Shown one piece after another: positions 8,170 through 15,884 of a stretch of DNA of 64,000 nt. The notes under the pieces were generated by a model. That model did no database searches. It saw only the letters and a program-made list of their open reading frames with translations, and was not told where the DNA came from. How positions within the stretch are numbered: the stretch's first letter is position 1; each line of letters opens with the position of its first letter. Both the position numbers and the translations under genes were made by a program. Source of the stretch: an uncultured Clostridia bacterium (GTDB lineage Bacteria; Bacillota; Clostridia; TANB77; CAG-508); NCBI GenBank assembly GCA_944393125.1, contig CALXZB010000003.1, forward strand, positions 4,693 through 68,692, written 5' to 3'.

Positions 8170-10671
8170 ATGATAAATAAATTTTACTTAGATAAAGAAA
8201 AAGATATAATAGTAAATTTATACAAAACAGGAGAAGATGAAATTACATATATACTAGAAACTCCAAATCATAATACAGGAAATCTAATTACAAATTTAGC
8301 GCAAATTTGTGGTCTTGAAACAACCAAAAATGAACAAGGACTAAAAGTAATTATAGGAACAATACCAGCGAGCATAAATGGTGACAATGAGGAAGTATAT
8401 ATATTTAGATTAGGTGGAATAAAAATTGCTAACATATATGAAGGTAGAGTTGAAATAAAGGCAAAAATACCAGCAATAACCAAAACATTAATGTCACAAA
8501 CTAAAAACTATAAATTACCTATAAATAAAACAATAGTAAAAACATACATAATCAAAAAACTAAAATTTAGAACAGATTTACACACACATATGAATGCAAA
8601 TTTATCTCCAGACTGCTTAATAGCTTTAGGAATAGTTCATCAAGTAAAATACCCATTATATTATATTAAAAAGTTAAATTTAAAACTAAGTAAAAAACAA
8701 GAAGAAAAAATATACAAACAAAGAGAAGAAGTAGAAAAAAGATTTGAAAACAGCGAATTACAAGGAAAATATTTAACCAGAAAAATAGATGACAATACAT
8801 TTATAAATTTTGCGGATTTTATATTAAACAATTTAGAAAATGCACAATATAATATAGAAAAAATAAGAACTAGTTTAGCAATATTAAAAGATGGACAAGC
8901 AGTATTTACTAACCTAGAAAAATGTTATATTTATAGATATGTATTTGCCAAAGGAAGCACTTCAACTGAAAAAATTAAATTTACAGAAGAAGAAGTAAAA
9001 ACAATACCAGAAAAAGATATAGTAGAAATTGTATTAAAAATGCTAGAAGACAAAAAAGAAAATAGTCCATATAAAAATAATACATTAAGACAAGATAAAC
9101 TTTTATGGATTGCTAGAGAATATAAAAAACAAGGAATTAAATATGTTGAAATAGCAGACACAGAATTAGCTAAAATTGGAGAACCAGCAGTTAAAATGTT
9201 ACAAGAAGTTCATGATATTTTTCCAACAATTGAAAAAGAAACAGGAGTAAAAATAAGATTTTTATTAGCAATTAGAAGAATTGCATTAACAATAATAAAA
9301 GACCAGAAAACCAGTGATACATATTTAAAAGATACAATGAATGTATTAAAAGCAGTTGCCAAAAGTCCATATGTTGTTGGAAGTGACATAATAGGAGAAG
9401 AAATAAATGACATATCTGACTTACAACCATTAATAGAACAGATTGTTAAATATGTTAAAGAAGAAGATCCAAAATTTACTATAAGAATACATGCTGGAGA
9501 AAATGATAGTTTGAAAGACAATGTAAGAAAATCAATTCTATGTGTAAAGGAAGCACTAAAAGAGGGACAAACAATGCCTAAATGTAGAATTGGACATGGA
9601 CTATATTCAGAAGATTTAAACAGTCAAGAAGGAAAAGAACTAATACAGCTAATGAAAAAAGCAGGAATTATAGTAGAATTTCAATTAACTTCTAATGTTA
9701 GACTAAACAATATAAGTGATTTAAGTAATCACCCAATCAAAAAGTTTTTACAAAATGGTATAAAATGTGTTCAAGGTACAGACGGATGTGGATTTTATGG
9801 TTCAGACACATTTGATGAACAACTTGCTTTGCAAAATTTATTAGGATTAACAGATGAAGACTTTGAAAAAATGAGAAAAGTAGAAGAAGAAATAATAGAA
9901 AATAGTGAAAATTATTTTAAAGAAAAAAGTGAAAAATTTGAACAATTTTTAGCAGGAAGAACAATAAGAGAAGCGGTTCTTGAATTAGAAGAAAAAAATA
10001 TGAAAGAAACAGAACACCAAGGCGAGTTAAGAATTACAAACAGTTTATACACAGAAACAGAATTGAAAGAAAAAATAAAACAACTACCAACAGATAAAGT
10101 GCCTGTAATAATTGCAGGAGGAAGTTTTAATACAAAAGGAAGAGAAACAATACCAACACAAGAGGGAATAAAAGTATTAAGAGATTTTATAGAACATGTA
10201 GACAATAATAATGTATATTTTATTATAGGACATAAAATGCAAGGCTATGAAAAAGCCATAGTAGATATTTCGAAAGAACTAAATAAAAAATTTGAAATAA
10301 ATGCAATTGTTCCAAAAGTTGTTACACCCAAAGTAAAAGATAGATTACTAGATGAAAACATAAATGGAATTTGCGTTTCAACAGAAACAGAGGAACTTGG
10401 AATTTACAAAAGTTTTAATTATGAAATTTTTGAAAGAAGAAAATCTATTGTTATTGCTTTTGATGGAAATTCACCAGTATTAAATTTAGTGCAAGAAGCT
10501 AAAAATGGAAAAGGCAAATCAAAAATATATGTTAACAAAGAAAATCAATTATTAAAAGAAAAAGCTGATACATTAGATGGATATGTAGTTCCATTTGAAA
10601 TGAAAGATAAAATAGTTAATAAAATATTTGAAGATAATCCAGAAATATTACAACCTAAAATATTAAAATAA
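8170..10671 (+). CDS. adenosine-deaminase-fold (amidohydrolase) protein with an unknown N-terminal domain and a C-terminal SLOG/LOG-like Rossmann domain, 833 aa
   Basis: RBS AAGGAG. ADA motifs occur in order: DLHTHMN, IRIHAGEN, CRIGHGLY, QLTSNV, QGTDGCGF. C-terminal PVIIAGGSFNTKG...YFIIGHKMQGYE...VIAFDGNSPVLNLVQEA resembles LOG/SLOG glycine-rich motifs. Confidence 0.8.
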   Translation: MINKFYLDKEKDIIVNLYKTGEDEITYILETPNHNTGNLITNLAQICGLETTKNEQGLKVIIGTIPASINGDNEEVYIFRLGGIKIANIYEGRVEIKAKIPAITKTLMSQTKNYKLPINKTIVKTYIIKKLKFRTDLHTHMNANLSPDCLIALGIVHQVKYPLYYIKKLNLKLSKKQEEKIYKQREEVEKRFENSELQGKYLTRKIDDNTFINFADFILNNLENAQYNIEKIRTSLAILKDGQAVFTNLEKCYIYRYVFAKGSTSTEKIKFTEEEVKTIPEKDIVEIVLKMLEDKKENSPYKNNTLRQDKLLWIAREYKKQGIKYVEIADTELAKIGEPAVKMLQEVHDIFPTIEKETGVKIRFLLAIRRIALTIIKDQKTSDTYLKDTMNVLKAVAKSPYVVGSDIIGEEINDISDLQPLIEQIVKYVKEEDPKFTIRIHAGENDSLKDNVRKSILCVKEALKEGQTMPKCRIGHGLYSEDLNSQEGKELIQLMKKAGIIVEFQLTSNVRLNNISDLSNHPIKKFLQNGIKCVQGTDGCGFYGSDTFDEQLALQNLLGLTDEDFEKMRKVEEEIIENSENYFKEKSEKFEQFLAGRTIREAVLELEEKNMKETEHQGELRITNSLYTETELKEKIKQLPTDKVPVIIAGGSFNTKGRETIPTQEGIKVLRDFIEHVDNNNVYFIIGHKMQGYEKAIVDISKELNKKFEINAIVPKVVTPKVKDRLLDENINGICVSTETEELGIYKSFNYEIFERRKSIVIAFDGNSPVLNLVQEAKNGKGKSKIYVNKENQLLKEKADTLDGYVVPFEMKDKIVNKIFEDNPEILQPKILK

Positions 10672-10733
10672 ATATTTGAAATATAAAAAAAATATGTTAT
10701 AATGTAAAAAAATGATAATAAAGAGGTATACAT

Positions 10734-11633
10734 ATGAGAATAGATCAAAGAATGGAAGAAATACAAGGTAAATTAATGAAAATAATGGCAGAAGCAAATA
10801 ATAGAGAAGAAGGAATTAAATTACTAGAAGAATATGGACTAGATAAAGAAACAGCAACAAAATTATTAAAAGCATTTGAATATACTGAATCAGCAAAACA
10901 AACAGCAAAAAATGTTTGGGAATCAGCATATGAAAGCAAAGTTGGAAGTGAATATTCAGACGAAATGGCAAAAAGCCAAGAAACAGCAACAGATGCTAGA
11001 ATGTATTTTGATTTATTTAATGGACAATGCGCATTGCTAATTATTGCAAGAACTCTACCACCAAACCAAATAAGTCCTGAAGTATTAGGTAAATTATATG
11101 AGAGTAAAATAAGAGAAGAACAAATAAACAATTCAGCATTAAGAGTTTCATACCATTATTATTGTGAAAGTCAGCAGAAAAGTATAGACAAAGAAAAATT
11201 AAAAGAGTTTATGGAAAAGGTAAGAAAAAATTCAATAAGTCAAAAAAGAGAAATAGAGAAAGCAGAAGAAAAATATAATGCATTAAAGAGAGATTATATA
11301 AATCTTCAACATGAATATTCAGAAATAGTTGAAGAACATGAAACATACTACCAAACTGCACTTTCATTGATTAAGGAATTACAAGCAAAAGTAAATCAAC
11401 TACAAAGGAGAGGGATTTTTCAAGTAATAGGTGATAAAATATCAGGAAAAAACGTAATCCAAAGAAGAAGATTACCAGGAAATAACCCTGAACTTCCAGA
11501 ATCTTTATATAAAAATAATACTGAAAGAATGGGGTTATATGTAAGAAATGAAGGAGAAGGAAAACAAAATGATAGAAGCAAAACATCTTCTGAACTAGCA
11601 AAAAAAGTAGAAAATGATGAATTACAACAATAA
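10734..11633 (+). CDS. hypothetical helical/coiled-coil protein, 299 aa
   Basis: RBS AAGAGGT. Heptad-rich central region with a basic disordered tail. No terminator separates it from the upstream deaminase-fusion gene. Confidence 0.65.
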   Translation: MRIDQRMEEIQGKLMKIMAEANNREEGIKLLEEYGLDKETATKLLKAFEYTESAKQTAKNVWESAYESKVGSEYSDEMAKSQETATDARMYFDLFNGQCALLIIARTLPPNQISPEVLGKLYESKIREEQINNSALRVSYHYYCESQQKSIDKEKLKEFMEKVRKNSISQKREIEKAEEKYNALKRDYINLQHEYSEIVEEHETYYQTALSLIKELQAKVNQLQRRGIFQVIGDKISGKNVIQRRRLPGNNPELPESLYKNNTERMGLYVRNEGEGKQNDRSKTSSELAKKVENDELQQ

Positions 11634-11674
11634 AAACGATAAAATTATAAAAAAGACTTGACAAATGAACAAAA

Positions 11675-11709
11675 AAGGTGTAAAGTATATTAGCATTACA
11701 CCTTTTTAT
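11675..11709 (+). terminator. intrinsic terminator closing the deaminase-fusion/299-aa gene pair
   Basis: Stem AAGGTGTAA/TTACACCTT followed by TTTATT. Confidence 0.6.
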
Positions 11710-11757
11710 TATGTTAAAAAGAGTAAAAATGCGAAAACAAAAGAGGTGATAGTAGAA

Positions 11758-12105
11758 ATGGATAAAAAAGTTACAATAAGTATGTTGTGGCAAATATATG
11801 GAAATCTATTAACAGAAAAGCAAAATGAATATATAAACTACTATTACAACCAAGATTTATCTTTATCAGAAATAGCAGAAAATGACAATATAACTAGGCA
11901 AGCTGTAAGAGATATAATTAAAAAGGGGGAAAGAAAACTTTTCGAATACGAAGAAAAGCTATTGTTTATGAAAAAGACAATTAATCAGGAACAAAAAATT
12001 TCACAAATTTTATTTAATCTAACAAAAATACAAAAAGACTCATCAGATAAACAAATAAGTAGTATTTTAGAAGAAATAAAAAAAGAATTAAATTGTTTAA
12101 TATAA
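11758..12105 (+). CDS. ylxM: YlxM-type (UPF0122) helix-turn-helix protein
   Basis: LTEKQNEYINYYYNQDLSLSEIAENDNITRQAVRDIIKKG is typical of YlxM. It sits directly upstream of ffh. Start moved to the ATG at 11758 behind AAGAGGTG. Confidence 0.85.
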   Translation: MDKKVTISMLWQIYGNLLTEKQNEYINYYYNQDLSLSEIAENDNITRQAVRDIIKKGERKLFEYEEKLLFMKKTINQEQKISQILFNLTKIQKDSSDKQISSILEEIKKELNCLI

Positions 12106-12125
12106 ACAAAAGATAGGAGGAAAGA

Positions 12126-13478
12126 ATGGCTTTTGAAGGACTATCATCACGTTTGCAAGAAATAACAAGAAAAATTAGAGGGAAAGCAAGAATAACAGAA
12201 TCTGATTTAAAAGAAATGCTAAGAGAAGTAAAACTAGCATTACTTGAAGCAGATGTAAATTATAAAATAGTTAAAGAATTCATTTCAACTATACAAGAAA
12301 AAGCTTTAGGGCAAGATGTAATGAAATCATTAACACCAGGGCAACAAGTTATAAAGATTGTAAAAGATGAAATGGTGCAATTATTAGGAGGAACGGAAAG
12401 TAAAATAAACTTTACACCAAATCCACCAACAATTATAATGTTAGTAGGATTACAAGGTTCAGGAAAAACAACAACAGCTGGAAAACTTGCTAACATATTA
12501 CGCAAACAAGGAAAAAAACCTTTACTAGTAGCTTGTGATATATATAGACCAGCAGCAATTAAACAATTACAAGTAGTTGGAGCACAATTAAATATTCCTG
12601 TATATGCAAATGAAACATCAAAAGATGTTGTTCAAATTAGCAGGCAAGCAATGAATGTGGCAATATCAAAATTAAATGATGTAGTTATATTAGACACTGC
12701 AGGTAGGTTACATATTGATGATGAACTAATGCAAGAATTAAAAAATATAAAATCTAATATAAAACCACATGAAATTTTATTAGTTGTAGATTCAATGACA
12801 GGTCAAGATGCAATAAATGTAGCTCAAACATTTAATGAAACTGTTGGAATAGATGGAGTTATATTAACAAAATTAGATGGTGATACAAGAGGTGGAGCAG
12901 CCCTTTCTGTAAAAAAAATTACAGGTAAACCAATAAAATTTGCAGCAACAGGTGAAAAATTAAGTGATATAGAAACATTTAACCCAGAAAGAATGACATC
13001 AAGAATACTTGGCATGGGAGATGTGTTATCAATAATTGAAAAAGCAGAAGAAGCTATGACCGAAGAAGATGCAATAAAACTAGAAAAACAACTTCGAAAA
13101 GAAGAATTTGATTTAGATGATTATTTAACACAAATCAGACAAGTTAAAAAAATGGGTTCATTTTCTTCTATATTAAAATTAATTCCAGGTGCAAATAAAA
13201 TAAAAGACTTAAACATAGATGATAAAGAATTTAATAAAATAGAAGCAATTATTTGCTCAATGACAAAACAAGAAAAAAGAAATACAAAATTATTAAATGG
13301 GAGTAGAAGATTACGTATAGCAAAAGGTAGTGGAACAACAGTACAAGATGTAAATAAATTTATGAAATCATTTGAAATGACACAGAAAATGATGAAACAA
13401 TTAAAATCAAATAAAGGTGGCATGAGAAAAATGATGAAAAATATGAATATGGATGATTTAAAAAATCTTAAAATATAG
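12126..13478 (+). CDS. ffh: signal recognition particle protein Ffh
   Basis: GLQGSGKTTT, DTAGR and TKLDGD GTPase motifs. Met-rich M domain. Confidence 0.97.
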   Translation: MAFEGLSSRLQEITRKIRGKARITESDLKEMLREVKLALLEADVNYKIVKEFISTIQEKALGQDVMKSLTPGQQVIKIVKDEMVQLLGGTESKINFTPNPPTIIMLVGLQGSGKTTTAGKLANILRKQGKKPLLVACDIYRPAAIKQLQVVGAQLNIPVYANETSKDVVQISRQAMNVAISKLNDVVILDTAGRLHIDDELMQELKNIKSNIKPHEILLVVDSMTGQDAINVAQTFNETVGIDGVILTKLDGDTRGGAALSVKKITGKPIKFAATGEKLSDIETFNPERMTSRILGMGDVLSIIEKAEEAMTEEDAIKLEKQLRKEEFDLDDYLTQIRQVKKMGSFSSILKLIPGANKIKDLNIDDKEFNKIEAIICSMTKQEKRNTKLLNGSRRLRIAKGSGTTVQDVNKFMKSFEMTQKMMKQLKSNKGGMRKMMKNMNMDDLKNLKI

Positions 13479-13525
13479 TTAATAAATTTTAAATATATTA
13501 AACATTATTTAGGAGGTGAATTATA

Positions 13526-13756
13526 ATGGTAAAAATAAGATTACAAAGAGAAGGAAAGAAAAAAGCTCCTTTCTATCATATAGTAGTAGCTGATTCTAAA
13601 TCTCCAAGAGATGGAAAAATAATTGAACAAATAGGAACATATGACCCAATGACAGAACCATCAACAGTAGTTCTAAATAAAGAAAAATTAGAACAATGGA
13701 TAAAAAATGGTGCACAACCAACAGATACAGTTAAAGCACTTATAAAAAATGCTTAA
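13526..13756 (+). CDS. rpsP: 30S ribosomal protein S16
   Basis: [30 protein letters not shown]. Confidence 0.97.
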   Translation: MVKIRLQREGKKKAPFYHIVVADSKSPRDGKIIEQIGTYDPMTEPSTVVLNKEKLEQWIKNGAQPTDTVKALIKNA

Positions 13757-13768
13757 TTGGAGGCAATA

Positions 13769-13999
13769 ATGAAAGAAATTTTAGAAACAATAATCAAAAA
13801 CTTAGTAAATAGACAAGATGCTATTGAAATAAAAGAAATAGAAGATGAAAAAAGCATAGTCTTTGAAGTAAAAGTTGCTGAAGAAGACATGGGAAAAATC
13901 ATCGGTAAACAAGGAAAAATTGCACAATCAATAAGAACAATAGTAAGAGCTGTATCTAATAAAAAAGATAAAAAAGTTACAGTTGAATTTATTGGATAA
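13769..13999 (+). CDS. KH-domain RNA-binding protein (YlqC-like)
   Basis: GKIIGKQGKIAQSIRT KH motif. Conserved position between rpsP and rimM. ATG at 13769 lies behind GGAGG. Confidence 0.85.
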   Translation: MKEILETIIKNLVNRQDAIEIKEIEDEKSIVFEVKVAEEDMGKIIGKQGKIAQSIRTIVRAVSNKKDKKVTVEFIG

Positions 14000-14011
14000 T
14001 TGGAGAATTGT

Positions 14012-14515
14012 ATGCAAAAAAGATTAGAAATAGGTCAAATCATAAATGTATTTGGAATAAAAGGTGAATTAAAAGTAATACCTTTTACGGATAATATAAG
14101 TAGATTTGATGATTTAAAAAAAGTATATATTAAATCTAACAAACAAGAAAAAATATATAAGGTAGAAAATGTGAGATATCACAAAAATATGGTATTATTA
14201 AAATTAGAAGGTGTAGAAAATCCAGAACAAGCAGAACTATTAAAAAATTGTTTTTTAGAAATAGACAGAGAAGATGCTGTACCTCTTGAAAAAGGACAAT
14301 ATTTTATAGTAGACTTAATCGGTCTAAAAGTCTATACTGAAGAAGGAACAATGCTAGGAGTAGTTGATGATATTTATAACACAGGAGCAAATGATATATA
14401 TGTTATAAAACAAGACTCTGGAAAACAAATTTTATTACCAGGAATCAAAGATGTAATAAAAGAAGTTATACTTGATGATAAAATAATAGTTCATATTATA
14501 CCAGGACTGATTTAA
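14012..14515 (+). CDS. rimM: 16S rRNA processing protein RimM
   Basis: GQIINVFGIKGELKV and PRC-barrel C-terminus. Operon position matches. Confidence 0.9.
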   Translation: MQKRLEIGQIINVFGIKGELKVIPFTDNISRFDDLKKVYIKSNKQEKIYKVENVRYHKNMVLLKLEGVENPEQAELLKNCFLEIDREDAVPLEKGQYFIVDLIGLKVYTEEGTMLGVVDDIYNTGANDIYVIKQDSGKQILLPGIKDVIKEVILDDKIIVHIIPGLI

Positions 14516-14526
14516 TGGAGGTAAAA

Positions 14527-15255
14527 ATGCGATTTGATGTGTTAACACTATTTCCTGAAATGTTTCAGCCTATAAAGCAGAGCATAATAGGAAAAGCTGA
14601 AGAGAAAAAACTAATAGATATAAATTTAATAAATATTAGAGATTTTTCAAAAGATAAACACAGAAAAGTAGATGATACACCATATGGTGGAGGAGCTGGC
14701 ATGATAATGCAAGCTAATGTGGTATATGATGCATATAAATCAATAACTAATAAAGAAAATGCAAAAGTAATATATCTTTCACCACAAGGGAAATTATTAA
14801 ATCAGAAAAAAGTAGAAGAATTAAGCAAAGAAAAGCATATTATTTTACTTTGTGGACATTATGAAGGAATAGACCAAAGAGTAATTGACAAAATTGTAGA
14901 TGAGGAAATATCTATTGGAGATTATGTATTAACAGGTGGAGAAATCCCAGCAATGGTTTTAATAGACTCAGTAAGTAGATATGTAGATGGAGTTTTAAGT
15001 GAAGATTCAACTTCAGAAGAATCATTTTCACAAGGAATACTTGAATATCCTCAATATACAAGGCCAGAAATTTTTGAAAATGAGAAAATTCCTGAAATAT
15101 TACTATCAGGTCATCATTCTAATATACGCAAATGGAGAAGATATCAATCTTTGAAAAATACATATTTAAAAAGACCAGAACTTTTAAAAAATGTAGAACT
15201 GTCTGATGAAGACAAAGAAAATTTAGAAAAAATAAAAAATGATACAATGTGCTGA
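14527..15255 (+). CDS. trmD: tRNA (guanine37-N1)-methyltransferase
   Basis: MRFDVLTLFPEMF, LLCGHYEGIDQRV, VLTGGE. ATG at 14527 lies behind GGAGG. Confidence 0.95.
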   Translation: MRFDVLTLFPEMFQPIKQSIIGKAEEKKLIDINLINIRDFSKDKHRKVDDTPYGGGAGMIMQANVVYDAYKSITNKENAKVIYLSPQGKLLNQKKVEELSKEKHIILLCGHYEGIDQRVIDKIVDEEISIGDYVLTGGEIPAMVLIDSVSRYVDGVLSEDSTSEESFSQGILEYPQYTRPEIFENEKIPEILLSGHHSNIRKWRRYQSLKNTYLKRPELLKNVELSDEDKENLEKIKNDTMC

Positions 15256-15306
15256 ACTATACAATTCAAGGCACCGCTTGTATAAAGAAAGAAGGAGGTA
15301 AATACG

Positions 15307-15738
15307 ATGGATATCATAAAATCAATAGAACATGAACAACTAAAAAACTCTATTCCAGAAATTAAAGTTGGAAATACAGTAAGAGTACATGTTAAAATAA
15401 AAGAAGGAAACAAAGAAAGAATCCAAGTATTTGAAGGAATTGTAATTAAAAAACAAGGTGGAGGAGTTAATGCAACATTTACAGTAAGAAAAATATCTTA
15501 CGGAGTTGGTGTTGAAAAAACATTTTTAATTCATTCACCATTAGTAGAAAAGGTAGAATTAGTTAGAGTTGGTAAAGCAAGACGTGCTAAACTTTACTAC
15601 CTAAGAGAAAGAACAGGTAAAGCTTCTAAAACTAAAGAAATGGTTGGAGCAAGAATTGAAAATAAAGAAATTGTTCTTAAAGAAGCTGAAATACCTGCTA
15701 CTGAAACAGTTGCTGAAAATACAGAAAATGCTGAATAA
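15307..15738 (+). CDS. rplS: 50S ribosomal protein L19 with an acidic C-terminal extension of about 28 aa
   Basis: [27 protein letters not shown] core. Total length 143 aa. Confidence 0.95.
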   Translation: MDIIKSIEHEQLKNSIPEIKVGNTVRVHVKIKEGNKERIQVFEGIVIKKQGGGVNATFTVRKISYGVGVEKTFLIHSPLVEKVELVRVGKARRAKLYYLRERTGKASKTKEMVGARIENKEIVLKEAEIPATETVAENTENAE

Positions 15739-15747
15739 AAATAACAA

Positions 15748-15772
15748 GAGCATCTCAAAAGAGGTGCTTTTA
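15748..15772 (+). terminator. terminator of the ffh-rplS operon
   Basis: Stem GCATCTC/GAGGTGC followed by TTTT. Confidence 0.65.
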
Positions 15773-15884
15773 ATTTGGCAAAAATTTCAATAAAAAAATT
15801 GTCGAAATAACTTTACAAAAAAACATAACTAATATAAAATAAAAAAGACAAAGTAGGACAAAATATAAAAATACGGAGGAAAAA

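Noticed and set aside
8170-11633. Calling the deaminase locus a RADAR, Thoeris or Cad1 system
   Set aside because: No RdrA-like ATPase, TIR-domain ThsB or CARF/CRISPR genes are present in or next to the locus. Only the domain logic is analogous, so it is reported as a novel candidate rather than a known system.
10745-11793. Minus-strand ORFs 10745-11131 and 11371-11793
   Set aside because: They are antisense shadows of the 299-aa gene and ylxM leader region, with hydrophobic low-complexity translations and no start context.
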